This document shows, piece after piece, positions 35,731 through 50,567 of a DNA stretch of 64,000 nt. This DNA comes from Chrysomallon squamiferum (taxonomy: Eukaryota > Animalia > Mollusca). How positions within the stretch are numbered: the stretch's first letter is position 1; every line of letters starts with the position of its first letter. The translations under genes were made by a program, and so were the position numbers. The DNA lies in contig CM022679.1 in assembly GCA_012295275.1 (NCBI GenBank), positions 18,290,001-18,354,000 of the forward strand, given 5' to 3'. The notes under the pieces are model-generated. The model saw only the letters and a list, made by a program, of their open reading frames with translations, was not told the origin of the DNA and searched no databases.

Positions 35731-38700
35731 TGGTCATGTGTTCACTGGTCAGCTGTGCAAAGCATCAAGCTAGAATACAGACCGGTCTTAATTTTATTCT
35801 ATTTTTTGTTCTTGTTACTTTTTTCTGCTAGTATATGTTTGTTGGCTAAATATTTAAACAAATAAGAAGAGAACAAACAAATAAAAAAGTAATTAAGATG
35901 TGATATTTTAAGGGCAGTACTGAAGTTAAAAGGAAATACAATAACTTACTGGTAATACATTTTTTTGGACTGTAATTGCAAAACAATTACATAAATAAAT
36001 AACTGAATAAATAAAAAATAAAGTTATTTAACCTTTCATATATCTTGCTCACATTGATGATCATATAATTGAGATTCTTAATCATGTGTTAAATTTGAAA
36101 TGTAGTTTGACAGTAACAGTAATGTTTCACTATTTCCAAGTTCCTATTTGTTATATTTTTAATTAATAATGAAAAATTATTAATTAGTTTTTAAACAAGA
36201 AATCTAATTGTATGTATATGTTTTATACTGTGATTAAGGGTAATATATATACCATGATAAAAAAGGGTAATTTGACATTAAATTAGTAATAAACTAGATT
36301 TCAAGACAAAAATAAATGCAATAAAATAGTAATATGTGAAGCAAACAGAGAATGATTTTACATCGGTAATGAAAAACTATATATATACACATACATTCCT
36401 TTACATTAAAATTACAGTGGTTGTACATACTAATCTTTATTATTCATTTAATTTTGAAAAGTAATCTAAATTTTATAGTTAGTTTTCAATACTGCCAAGT
36501 TCTGAATCAAAATGGTTTTCATTTATAATGTGTTCTAGTAGCTTTGTGATTTTTATTTTTAATTTGAAAAGAACAACAACAACAAAAAAAAAAAAAAATT
36601 CCTGTGGCATTCAGTATCTGTTGGTGATATAATGCCTTGTACAAATTTTGTAATAAATGGTCAGCACTATTCCTTCCTCAAATTTACCAATATGATGTAC
36701 ACTAATCTTAACATCATAAGGTATACCAAACATTTTCAATTTTTTTAAAATTGTATTTTGCTTTCTCATTGTTTTTTTACAGTTGAGCACTTATTTCAGG
36801 TCTAGTTTTCTTTTTGTAATTGTTCTTTTTCTTCTTCCATGTTATATTTTATTCATAGTTTATTCATATAACATTCATAGTTCTATTTTCTTTTGATTTT
36901 CACTTTAATCAGTTCTAAATTTTTCCAGCTCAGTTTAAATAGTCTTTTGTCAAAACATTTAATAATTTTCTTTGAAGCTAATTCAAATGGGGTTTTTTAT
37001 GGTGGTTTTTGCAAACTTTCATAAAGCTTTGATCATAATTTTGTGTTAGTTTGGACTCGTGTGCTTTTTTTTTTCTTAAACAGAGATCACAGACAATAAT
37101 TTGTTACATTATTAATTGTATCTCTTTTGAGATTATAATGTCATTGTTTGTCTACTTTCAGTGGATTTATGTATCAGTTTGAGACATTCTGGAATAGATC
37201 TAGTAGATTTAGTAAGCATTCTTTCTTATATTCTGACAGCTTTGAAACATTTATGCATGTAAACAAAAGTAGAAACAACAAATTAACAAAAAGTTATATT
37301 TATGTCATCAAAAAATATGTGAAGACCACCTACCTAATTACTAATAAAGAATAAACCATTATAGAAGAAGACAAATATTCTTGCCAAACATTTGAATCAT
37401 AAGAGCCTGTGAATTGCAATCACCACTTGCCTGTCAAACCATTTGGTACATAATTTTGGCAATTCAACTTCATTCTGTTCATATTTATGTTTCATAAATG
37501 CTGCATCTTAGCACACTTTTGAGGTCAAAAACATGGTTTGGGTGGCTCAAATCAGAGATTTGTTTCAAATGGAGTACTTGGTAAAATGTAAATGTGCTTT
37601 ATGCTAACTATGAGTTTTATGATGTGCATGTGAATAAAGAGTTTAAATATGTTCAGAAAAATTGTGTAATTTGTGTCCTTCCGATGAGGAGACACTTGCA
37701 GGGTAGGGATACATTTGCTCAGGTATGTCATCAAGTCTATTATTTTCTTTCTTAAAGAAAAATTAGATAAAACATCATCAATTAAAAAGACTTGTCTTGC
37801 ACTTGATAAATAGCAACTGACCATTTTTATGTATTTTATTTCAAATGTTCAAGAATATTTAAAAAAAATTTGATGTACAAAACAACTATGAAATATCTCC
37901 CATTTCAGAAATTACAACATAACACTTTAATTACAAAAAATTATTAATAGGATAAAATATATCTTTCAATGACTGTGCACTCAACAGAAAATATTTTTTG
38001 GTTTTTAAATATGTTTGGAGATATGATAAACATTTTGGAGTTGTCCCAGTATCCTTTGCTAAACAATGTGAACAGGACACTTGCACTTCAAACCCAGGCA
38101 GCAAAAGGTGGGAAGGTTTCAAAAGAATGATTAACTGTTTTATTGTGCTGCGGTGCAACAGGAGAACATATTAAACCTTATGAATCTCAACCTTTGACCT
38201 GGACAGCCAATTGGAAAGTGTGTATGACCTTACAACAATTTAATTAGTGGGACACACACACGTACATGTGTGTATATGTATATGTATATATGTATCTATA
38301 TCTATATGTGTATATATATATATAAATATAGATATAGATAGATATATAAATAGAATAAAAGAATTCCTGTTATGCTTAAGGCATAAACAGTCTTAAAAGC
38401 AGATTATGTATTGGTATAATTTATCATCATTTGTCTTTTAACTGAACTGTATTATAAAATAACATAATAAAGGATAGCAGATGACCAGAAATTGGACCAT
38501 AATAGTAAACAAGTAAATGTAGGTAAACCTGAAAAAAATAAAGAATTAAAAAAGAAAAAAAGTCTTTCATGTCCTCTTTCTCTACCAACATGTATGATTA
38601 AATCAGTATTTTTAACATGATGGAAATTTAATAAAACATTTCATATACCTTTTGGTCCATATTTGAATGAGTTACAAGCAATACAACCATTTTGGATTCA

Positions 38701-39264
38701 TTGTTCATATTAGTTCACACTGCATTTGATAGATAGCAGAAATTACAGGTATGTGAAACTGGGATAGATCACATGGCAATGAGGAAGAAGGGCTGTTTAC
38801 TGTGTTTAAAACCAGCAAAACTATCTTTTATAAATTTCTGTTGCTAAAAATAAAAATTCTAAAAATAGGGTTTAAATAAAAAAAATTATTTAAAAAAATG
38901 AGTTATTCAAATTGGCTAATTCTGCCATGTACAGAATAATACACAGTACAAAGCTCATGAAAAACACATAATCAAAACAGATTTGCTTATTAATCACTAG
39001 ACATCAGATATAAAACAATAAAAAGGATATCCACACATATGTATGTATGTATGTGCATATGTATATATACATACATACACACTGCACTACATCATTTTCT
39101 AGTGCCACTTCTGGGACAACACTGAAGAGAGGTTGAAACTGACAGGATGTATAAATTCCATCCCCTCCTGGATAATACTGCTGCACTAGTGAAAAAATCA
39201 GATATCAAACTGACAACATGTGAAGCCAGAACACCATAACAGACCAGACCCTCTTGAAATTCAG

Positions 39265-39540
39265 CAGTGGGCTCAAATTCTGTCAGATGTTTCTACTGAA
39301 AAGGCTGATGTTTGATAGAGATGATAGTGGAAGTATACATCAATTTCATAAATATACCAGAGATCCCATCGAACTGACATCTTAGAAGGTGGTACTTGAC
39401 CTAATGCTTGTCTCAAACGACTTGACTTTTCTTTGTGGTAGAACTGAGGAAATGTGCATCCAATATCTGCACAATAAAAGATTCAATATCAATGGGACAG
39501 TCCAAGGAAACCAAAAGGACATACCAAAGGACCCAGCAAA
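39265..39540 (+). mobile_element. Possible decayed piggyBac-like transposase fragment
   Basis: Pieces GLKFC, DSGSIHQFHKYT, KVVLDLM and NINGTVQGNQKDIPKD resemble piggyBac GIK...SGY..NF.IYTG, VV.DL and GTVR.NRK.IP. Confidence 0.4.
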
Positions 39541-42500
39541 CATGAATGAGAGCATGAACATAGAGATTATAAAAGTGAAAGTAAATTATGAAAATGAACT
39601 ATAAATATAGGCAGAAAATGCAAACTTCAATAAACTATTTAATTCATAGCACAACAATTTTAAATTAATGCTGGTGAACTGTTAGTCTTATTTAATTATT
39701 TGATGAAGGTGGGGTTTGAAAATAACAGGAGTTTACTACTTTAAATTAAATTAACAATAGTCATTCAATCTAATTATCAATAAAAATTCTTCATATAACA
39801 CTAGCTGTTATCAATGAAGTAATGTTTAATTACAAACAATCTGAAAAACTCAGAGAGATATTTATTAAAGTATTTACATATAATATTAATAGCATTCTAA
39901 ATTTGATATATTATTTAATGTGATAACAAAAATAAAGAACATAAATTCATAAAACTGACTGTCCATCCAATTACTCCCCTACAAATATTCCCCACAAAAT
40001 CAAGTTATTAATTAATATATAGATATATATAGTGGAAACTGGCAAAACTACAATCTACACCACCATGTTTGTTTACTCTCACGTTCACACTCACACACTC
40101 ACACATACACATTCACAATCATACACATTAATAGATTCATTAATGCAAGCTGAATATATTTCTCAATCTAAACTGACTAGACAATAACTTAATATTAAGA
40201 CACACAACAATAAAGAATAAATGCTACATCTAGATTTTTAAATTACATATTATGATACAGTAAGTCCTTCACATGTATTATTTCGTTTGATATAATAGTA
40301 AATACATAACATATGTGTTAAATAACACAAATCATTTCTGATAATAAAGTAAATATATACATATATATATATTATATAGACTTATCCATTTGTTGGGACA
40401 ATTAAATGACCTACACCAGTAAATACATTATTAACACTTTAATGCCATTTTACTCACAAAAATGTAAGGCAAATCAATCCCTCTGCTCCCCTTACCCAAA
40501 AAGTCTTCATATGCAAATGATTTAAACTAAGATGCTGTTTTACATGTCTGTCATTTCTAATCAAAACGCAAGACAATAGCTAGTATGTTGTAGCCCTGTT
40601 AAAATGTGATTATCTGAGTCAATAGAAAGCCATTGCACAAAAAGTGGGTTACGGTAAATTAGGGCTCAGAAAAATTAGCTTTTCAGTTTTTCCACTATTG
40701 ATCTAGCATATTAAAATATTACTAGTTCAATGTTTTTTACCCAGGGCTTTTTATTTTATTTTGTTTTATTTTTTTATTTTATTATTATTTTTTTTGTTTT
40801 GTTGTTGTTATGTCTACTTTAAGGCATGTAAATTAACTTTGAATTAAAGAATTCCTCTGTGAAAACATCATTGATGTTACATTAGAAATTAAAATACAAA
40901 TTAATATTTGAAATTTAGTTTTGATCATGTCAAATGTATGAAGCTTATCTTTCATTGAAAGATTTTTTCCTTTCTGTTTGATCTGAAAAACAACCAGAAT
41001 AATAATAGTAAATAAAAAAAACAAACAAGAAAAAAATCAAAAAACAGATACTAGCACCCAAATTTCATCTTGGAATAGTAACTGTTACTTTTTCTGAATA
41101 GCACACCTAATTTCACAAGGAAAATAACATTTATTAGTACAGCATCCCACCTGCTGATAAGTCATATTATCATGTGACCTAATTCTTGAGAAGGTTGCCT
41201 ATGCCTGTTTTAGATCTTTTTAGAATGGAAAAAAAAAGAAAAAATAGTAAAAGCTACACAAGAAGTTATGCCTTCTACTTTCATTCCAGTAAAAATTATG
41301 GCTGATTTAATCAATGTTTTAGTAAAAAAACATTTTTTAACAAAAGGTTTGAAATGTTTTTTAAATATACACCCTGCATGTTTTTTTCCAGCATCATCCC
41401 ATGTTCAGAACTGAGCTCGCAGCTCAGCAAACTCAAAAATTAGACATTTTGATGGTTTTAAATCAATACTTTAAAATGCAATAAAGTGAATATTTATAAT
41501 CAGATTTTTTAAAATAGAAAAACTATGTTGTTTAGAATAAAAAGACTTGTGTAAAGACATATATGGTAGGATAGGTTGTTCAGCTCTCCTGAAGGGCAAG
41601 ATACAGTTCATTTCATTAGTCTATTCTAACCAAGCAATATGCTGTAATAAAGCTAAAAACATTTCAGTTTGTATTTCTGAAGGGCATTCATTATCAAGTT
41701 TATGATGATTATCCAGTTTGTGCATGTAACCATTTGATGTTGATGTGAGATAACTTTCAACACATGTCAGTTTATCAAAAAAAAAAAATTCTATTCATAC
41801 TTAAGGTTAATTTTTTTCTTATTATTAATCAAGTAGGTGTTTACCATTTAAACTGAATTACTTTTCATGTATATTATATCCTGCATTTTTTATGGTCACT
41901 GGCATTATTTTTCTGCAATCATTGTTAAGTGTTTAGCACTGACATAATGTCACATCACACATGATTATGTAAAACTTTGTTAAATAGATGATAAAAGAGA
42001 ATAAAACTGAATATAATAAAAAAATCAAAACAAAATTCTGTTTGGTTTATATACATTATAGATATAATATACATATATATATACAATAAGGAATAGTAAA
42101 ATATATTTTGTAATTATTACTCTTTAACTGTTAGCAACACATTGCTCATTTTATACTATTTAGGCATATACACTTTACATTTACTGATATTTCTATAACT
42201 CCAGTTTCTTTAAGCTTTAATTCATTTACATTATTAAATGAAACAGGATTTCACAACTAAGTTGAAAGAAAAATATAGCTTGTTCCTCATACTATGACAC
42301 TAAAAAACAGTTTATGGAGTTGATATGCTAATTATAACTCCATTTATATTTCTGTGGCCTTTCACTTTATTGTCTGAGCTGCCAGTTGTTTTACTATTTA
42401 ATCCATACAAAATATGAACAGTATTTATTAAACTGTATTTTCAGGGCCAAGGATCTAAGTATTGTCCTCAACCCTCAAAGCCTTACTGACAAAGGCTTGG

Positions 42501-44196
42501 CCTTCCCAAATCATACTGTTCTGTATTTTTTCAGACAAGGCAAAATCAACAGCCCCTTTAAAAATGAACTGTAGACCAAATCTGGTATAAAGGCTTTATG
42601 GAAACACTCAGTGATTCCATGGAAAATTTTCATACCTGAATAAAACCCTATATCCAGTAACTGTTATTTTGGTCAATAGCCTATAAAAAAAGCAAGAATA
42701 TTCCTGGTGTCAAAACATAAAAACACCTTAAGAAATTCCCATTTGATAATTAGCACATTACTCTGACTATCTGACAACATAAAATTACAAATTAAAATAT
42801 TGCCAAGAACGTAAAAAAATACCTGCAAGTAAACATAACATTGAAGATTATCATAAAATGATAACCACTGATGCAAAATTTTTTCTTCAAAAATCATATC
42901 TTTTCCTGGATGTACATATATTATTTGATTAAATAATAATAAGAATAAAAATACTTGTTAAATTAGTTCTTGAATATGTTTACAAATACTAGCATCTGAC
43001 AACAAACATTTATTTTTAGTTTTAAGCGGTACTTAATACACACACATTTCCTACTATTTGTAATGGAGTTGATGTTCTGGAATCCTTAGTTATAAAGCCT
43101 TTCTGAGTCAAAAGAGCTCATATAATAATAATTGAACAATATATCTGAACAACTAAATATGTAGTTAACATGTCATTAAAGCAACAAGCACTGCTAGAAA
43201 CTTTAACACATTAACTGTAAATTAAATGAAATACATTAGCATAAATGGTCTAAAAGACATTCCAGACCATAAGTGTCTGAAAAATTTAATAAATATCTGA
43301 AAAGACTGTTAAAATTGTAATGTTTTTTATGAACATTATTAATAAAATCAACAATGATGTGAAAGCATGTGCCACTATTCATTACATACTGACATCCATA
43401 TAGTTATTTTTAAGTTCTGTTAAGTTCATAATCTTTAAATATATTTGCATTTATATCTATAAAAAATATTAAAATCATACCATAATCCTTTTTTTTTCTT
43501 TATACAATGGATTCTTTTACACAGAAACTATCTCTAGTCATGATTTCATGAATCAAGAACATGTTATATTTTGACAATTGCTGCATATTATTATTACCAT
43601 TACATTTTAAAAACCCATCTCTTTGTTAGAAATAAATATCTGAAAGAACTATAATAGCCATTAATACTAATTGCTTTTAAGTTACTTTAATAAAAATAAA
43701 AAAACTGTTGAACACCAAATTATGTACTGGTACAAAATGTGAATGTTATTGCTAAGTTAAATTAAAAAAAGAATTAAAAGAATTTCTATCCCTTCAGTAC
43801 AAACATATCTGTGCAGTTTAAATATTCTTAACTCATTTAGTTTTCTTCTTGATATGTTCTTCGTAAAGCCTTCAAAAATTCTGAAAAATAAATTGTAAAT
43901 GTAATACTAACTTAATGCATCTAACACTATTTTTATATCATAGAGAATAGTTAATGTTTGTGCATTCTAGTTCAACATAGTAAAAAACAAACTAAAAAGA
44001 ATTTCATTGGAATATACCAAATTGGCAATAACATTATATTTTAAGATCAGTTTTCTCCTAAAATGTTTCTTACTTTTAGATTACAAACATAGATATAGAA
44101 TGTGCATCATATTATTATATAAACTGAATAAAATAAATTACTTTTTGTTATGAAATTTTATGATAAAATGTTTTACTTACAATGTCAAAAAGAAAA

Positions 44197-47100
44197 TTAA
44201 CGATCATCTGAACCAAACATCCACTGCTGATGAATAACATTTTCATCCCAATTCAGATTTAAATGTACATTTTCATTTTCCTAATATATATTAAAAAAAA
44301 AAAAAAAATAATCATTTGTATACATTTTCATTTGAGAGTGAAGAAATCAGTTAAATGATATCAGAGGAAATTCATTATTTATCCCACTTGCTTATATGTA
44401 AATAAATCTAAACTGATTACCAAGAATTATTATCCATTATTGTTATGATAATCACAAATAACTCTTTTCTAATCCTAACATGATAGTTTTGATTAGTCAG
44501 CAAACAAAATGCATACACAAAATCAGAACTGTTAACTAGTGAGTGCTTAGTGTTAACACTTAATAGTTATAAAAGAGTCTTATCAGTTAGTAACAATGAG
44601 TCATTTGTATATGTATTGTATATGTCACTTAACATCGAAAATAAAAATAAAAGAATATTACAATTTTTACCATTATATAAGATAAACAGATGACAAAACA
44701 AATATAATATAGCAAATAATGAACACACCATATAAATTCTATGTTTTATCATGAATATAAAACATCAAAATTTTTGAATCTGACACCTTTATCAATTATG
44801 GATGGGAAATTTGAAATAAAAGAAATTTGAAATAAAAAATCCAAACTTCTGAATTCAATATTTCAACTATATGGACCCATAATACATTATTTTAGGGGGT
44901 TGGGTTAACCTATCTGACACATAATGACCATGAAACAGGTAAACCACAGATAAAGGATCTCAATAAAAAAAAAAAAAAAAAACATTGATTACTATATATA
45001 TGTTATAAAATACCTGTAAGACTGTTGTCAGCTGTGAAAGATTTTGTCTAATTTGAGCCAGTCCATTCATTACTTGGTCGTAGACATCAACATCAACAAG
45101 TACCATTTCACAACCATCAACAACCATGGTTGTCATGTTTTCACGGGGTGGAAGTGACATGAACTGTAGGTGTTTACCATTCTCTGTATAAAAATGTCTG
45201 AAATGAAAACATCAACACCTTTTTTTTACTCAAATCATTCTACTGTCTGCATGCATGTAAGAATCTGTATTTGTGTGTGTGAGTGTGTGTGTTCACATGT
45301 GCGCGCATGTATGTATGTGTGTGGGAGAAAAAGAAAAAGCATGAATATACACATATGTATCTCTGTGTATGTTAAGTGACATTAACTGTTTTATAAGATT
45401 TATGAAATTTGTTAACATTTGTAAAGATGTAAAATACAAATATGTCCAGTTTCAGAAAAACAGATAAAAGAAGATAAGGCAATTAATTTATAAATGAAGG
45501 AAAAACATTGTATATTGTAATATATTATAGAAATATTTTAAAGAAAATATGTTTTAATATACTCAGTGTTTTCTTAAGTATTTCAGTATTTACAGTCTCC
45601 ACATAACTCATTGATGACTGTGTAATTGGCAAGACATATTGTCTATTTGGTGCCAGTTTTATTTCTCCATCTTTTAATGTTTGGGCACTAACAGGTTGTC
45701 TGCTACTAATTTCAGTATATCCATACATTTTGAACAATCAGTGCTGTTCTTAAATCAACTGAGAACAATAAGCTTATTCTTCATAAATAATATCACTTCC
45801 TTTATTTGTGGTGCATGAATATTTCATACTAGTGAACAGTCACATTTAAATTCAACTTATCCTTCAGCATTTTGATATATCTGAGGTTATTCATTGCCAT
45901 TACTGCTGGGAATATTGACATTCAGTGGATCTTTCAAAGTCAGGAGAATGTTCTTCTCATTATATTATTTCAGTCTGACTGTCTTACATGATTATGCAGA
46001 TGGAGACTTTAAGAGCTGAAAAGTGTATTTCTTCCTAATGTGTTATTTTACAAAGCTGAAACAAGTAGCTTGTGGTGCTAGAGTAAAGAGTTACTTTTGG
46101 TTTTGTGGTCCATATGTGAATACCCTGCTTTTGCCAGCAATGAGTGAATTTTCCTGCTTGAATTTGCTGGTAATTAAAAAGCAGTTCTCTTTATCAAGTG
46201 CTTCACTCAAGTCGTCTTTCTAGGTAAATGTCATCCTTTCTCATCTGAACAGCAACCATAATTCATAAATGTCATAACAGCATTTCATGTTTGGACTTAT
46301 CTGGTATTACACTTTCTAAATGTTTTCTTAAATACACACTTATTGATTTCAGTAAATAAGCATGTAACAAGGAATAAGGATCACTTGGTAAAAACTGTAT
46401 TGATTTCCATGCATTCAATATATAAAACTATATGATATTGATATATATATATACAGTTAAATAGGCATGTGAAAATAAAAACAACAAACACAAACACACA
46501 TTCTTTAGTAAAACAACTATACTGAAAAAAGAGTCAAGTTATACAGGGAGACTTATCAGCCTTCATTTAAACCTGAAAGAATGCTCACCTTGTGGAAATA
46601 TTTCCTGGTTTTTTCTTGTAGTCAAGAATATCGTTATCCATTCTGTTGCACACAGTATCACACTGACTGTCATGGTGTTCATCTCTCAAGTTTGTGGAAC
46701 ATCTTTTATAATTTCTTTGTTGAAATACAAAGCTATCATTATTATCACTGAATTTCTTTTTTGTTATGCATTCTGTTGATACACTTTTATCAGATGTAAA
46801 ACTCTCATTCTTATTCTTGTCTGTTTTCACAGAATCTTTTCTTACAACTGGATCTTTTTCTAAACTTTTCATAAAATCACTGGCAGACAATTCACATCTG
46901 CATATAGAATCTGCAACATTTTCAATCTCACTTTCCAGGTTAATTCTACACAAACTGGACTTATGTTTTGTGTCTATAACATTTGTTTCCAACTGCTCAT
47001 CAACTGAGTCAAATGCTGCCAGAGGTGCATGGAAGCTGATATCATCACAAAATATTTCTGAAGCCTCACTCTTTGCTCTGTCCATACTGGTGTACATTGT

Positions 47101-47682
47101 GGCAACATAGTCTAAACTGTCTGAGGACTTCCATGACAAGTGATTCTGTTTGTGAGGCTGTTTTACTGATAATTTCTTCAGGCTTGATTTTAGTTCTCCT
47201 ATATCAGAGTTTCTGTTAACTTTAGGACTATGTGTGACACATGCATTAGGTTTTCTCCTTTGCCATGTTGTCTGCTGTGGTCCACATGAACAGTAGGTTG
47301 AATCAGTCAGACTTGCCTGAATTTCTGACAGTTTTTCTAAAGTATCAGTACTACAAGCCTCACAAGATATTTCATTGTCTCTAAGAAACTTCTGTTGATC
47401 AGACACCTCATAATATTTTTCTTCAAAAGGTAATTCCTCTTTCTCTGTTGAAGAACCAAGACTTCCAATCCCACTGTCTGAATGTTTTGTTTCTTTTTTC
47501 TTTTGCCCACTGAATGTTCCATCACTAAGTTTGTCTTCTTGTACTTCATTGCTGTACAGAAGATTTCCTGTTTTCACCAAATTTCCATTTTGTTTAAACT
47601 GGCTTTCTTTTGATAATTTGCATTTAGAGTAAATCTGCCCACCCTCACCAGCTGAGGAATAACATCCACCCATATTAGGCAT
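44197..47682 (-). CDS. Uncharacterised ~450-aa Ser/Lys/Asp-rich protein with N-terminal MGGC lipidation motif, DSGIGS motif and C-terminal amphipathic/coiled-coil helix
   Basis: A 365-codon ORF (47682-46585) has a donor AG|GTGAG after 46589. It is phase-compatible with exon 45197-45014 (HFYTENGKHLQFMSLPPREN...YDQVMNGLAQIRQNLSQLTTVLQ) and exon 44280-44197 (ENENVHLNLNWDENVIHQQWMFGSDDR*). An acceptor at 47715-47716 implies non-coding upstream exon(s). I do not recognise the family. Confidence 0.8.
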
Positions 47683-49099
47683 GTGAATTAATGAATCTTC
47701 TCAGTCAGACTGATCTGAAAAAACTAAAACTCTTTTAACAAGCAATAATATAATGGAACATTATGAACCATATACTGGAAATACTGAAACACATGACAAC
47801 TGCATGGATTCCAGGCCTCAATCATTAATCGACTACTGATATCATCTGCATGAAAACAAATAATAATAATAAGTAAAAAATAAGTAAATAAATAAAAATC
47901 AAGCATCGATTGCTGCAAACAAATATCTAAACAACTGTATTAATATTAGCAAGTCTTAGAGATTTCTTTTTGAAATATTAATGTGTCATATTTTGTTATC
48001 TTATTTAAATTTGCATAAATTAAGCAATAAAATCAGTAATAATCATTTGTTTTATGAAAGGCAATTGATCACAAAAAAGGTGTAAAAAAAACAAAGGACA
48101 AATTTCAAAAGTGCTTTTTAAAACTTATTTAAATACATTTCAGTTTAGCTCTTTGTATATAATGCAACAAAGTAGTTTTTCATTTTTCTTAAATACATTT
48201 ATCTGATACTGTGTCTGATACATACTTGGAACATAATACATCTTCATATATTGAAAAATGAACTGGCAGACATTAAATGATTATAAATTACTATATATAC
48301 AAATACAGGGTTGATGTCAGAATCCAAGATTTCTGCTAATAGGAAATAACAGTGAATTAACAACTGTCAGTAAGTCAGTAATAACAAATATCACAGTGGA
48401 CCATGTTCTTACATCAAGTTTAAATAAGATGGTAAAACAAAACTAACTTAAGTTGAAAACCAATAATATGTCAACAATAAGAGTATTAAACATTAAATTT
48501 ATTGACATATAAATATAATTTATCAGCATCACTGATTTCCATAAATTTATTAGCAATTTAAAAAAATAAAAAAATAAAAAATAAAAACAATAAATGTATA
48601 TATTAATAATAAAATAACATAAAATTTAAAATTTTCGTTTTAAAATCTAAGCACTGTCATCGTATGTGCTCTAAAGGTATTTTCTTTGACTGAAATAATA
48701 ATCTAATTTCAAGTTTTGGTTTCTGTGTTTAAAATTCAACACAACAGAATTTAAAGCACTTTCTCCTTTGATAATTCTGAATGCACCAATACAAGAAGTC
48801 AATAATTAATACATTTCTATTACAAATACAGCCTCCTGTACTGATAATTATAATTCAGTAGTGAGAACATCAATATGGCCAAAACCTTTATGCTTATTAA
48901 TTAATCATTGTAACTTTTACAGGCATGTCAGATTCCAGGAACTAAACTGAATGTCAGAATGACAGAAATAAATATCACAGATTCCTCTTTATGTGGTTAG
49001 GTCCATTAAATCACTTAAAGTGTATAATTATTGCAAGATGTTATTATCAAGATTAAATAGTAATAATAACAACAACAACAACAACAACAAAAAAAAAAA

Positions 49100-49134
<35 letters not shown>

Positions 49135-50502
49135 AATAAAATAAAATAAATAAGAATAAATAAAAATTTAAAATTGCATGTAGTTCATAGTACATACTGC
49201 TTATTTAATCTTGAATTCTTACCAACACAACCTTTCTTTTTTTCCTTCTTCTTTTAAAAATTAATTCTAAATTCTTAACACATGTACCATCTTACATTTA
49301 ATTGTAGATTGCTATCACATGCACACAAATCCAGGTCAGCTTGATAATGTACAATATGTACATAATATTAAAGTTCAATAATTACACATTTGTGATTATC
49401 ATGTTCTATGCAAATTGATATTTTATCAATCTTAAAGTGAAAAACAAATTAATAAACAAAACCAGAGTATAATAATAAAACCTCATTTACAAAAAAAGCT
49501 TAACACTTTCACATTACTTCAAATTGTAGTATTAAGAAAATTACCAGTGTAAAGTACTGTTTTCACTGCTTTTGTGATATGAAAAGATATGTCTCTGAAA
49601 ATGTTCTGCTTATGTCAGCTATGGTATAGGGCACCTGTCAGCCCAGTTCATTTCACCTGGAGGTTAAGCATACTTTGTAACATCCAGCTGTACACATCAA
49701 AAGAAGCAGATAGAGAATGATAAGAAAAAGGAAGGTAAGAAACTGTCCAATTGCTAACAGTATTAAAAAGAAATGTGTTAATATAGGAAGAAGGCAATCA
49801 GAGGCTATATATAATGGCATGTAACAACATACATATGTGGAAATATATTTATAACCAACTCTATATAATAATCGTTTTTCTTTAATTTTTCCATGAAAAG
49901 TTTGGAAATTTGTATACATAACCCAATATTATATTTCAAATCCTGTTCCTGCCTTTATGTGTTTGCTTCCTATAAAAGGTCTGTTTACTGAGATACCCAT
50001 ATATCTCTCTATACACTTTAAAACAATGAACTTATGGCAGAAAAGATTAATAAAGGTACTGAAATAAAAGTTGTGAATGAAATTTAGACAGCAACTACAC
50101 TTGCATGTATTGTAATACATTTCTTTAAAAAACTCTAACCATAATGTTTCACAGTCAAACCATATTTATCTGTTCTAAATTAATTGATATCTTCATTATA
50201 AATGGACATACTAGCAATAGCTCTGTATGTAACGAGTTAAACAAATTTATATCATATTACAGCCATAACCCACACTAATACATTTTTATTATCTGCACCT
50301 GTAAAGAAAAGATTCAATATTAAAAAACCCAGAATATAAATATTAATTTTGTTTCACTTTTCTTTTTCTTCTATTTTTAACTAAACAAAAATATACTATA
50401 TATTGGCTGGTTTTGTTACCTCTTTAAAACTGGGGTAAAAGACAGTGTAATGTGCACAATATGATTGTTATTTCAGGTGCAGTGGCCAGTTTTTATTTAA
50501 TT

Positions 50503-50503
<1 letters not shown>

Positions 50504-50563
<60 letters not shown>
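50504..50563. repeat. (CT)n microsatellite
   Basis: Read directly from the sequence. Confidence 0.95.

Positions 50564-50567
<4 letters not shown>

Noticed and set aside
38049-38057. Perfect U12 donor 9-mer GTATCCTTT (also at 21748)
   Set aside because: No supporting exon or U12 branch point, and the 21748 copy is mid-intron. Consistent with chance.
28190-44196. HERC4, the gene that follows SIRT1 in human
   Set aside because: No RCC1-repeat or HECT exons are recognisable. The region holds TE relics and probable UTR sequence.
45560-46244. Exon-like stretch with a good acceptor (TTCAG) within the orphan gene's intron
   Set aside because: Stops occur in all three minus-strand frames soon after the acceptor, and the flanking exons join in frame without it. 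At most a dead exon.
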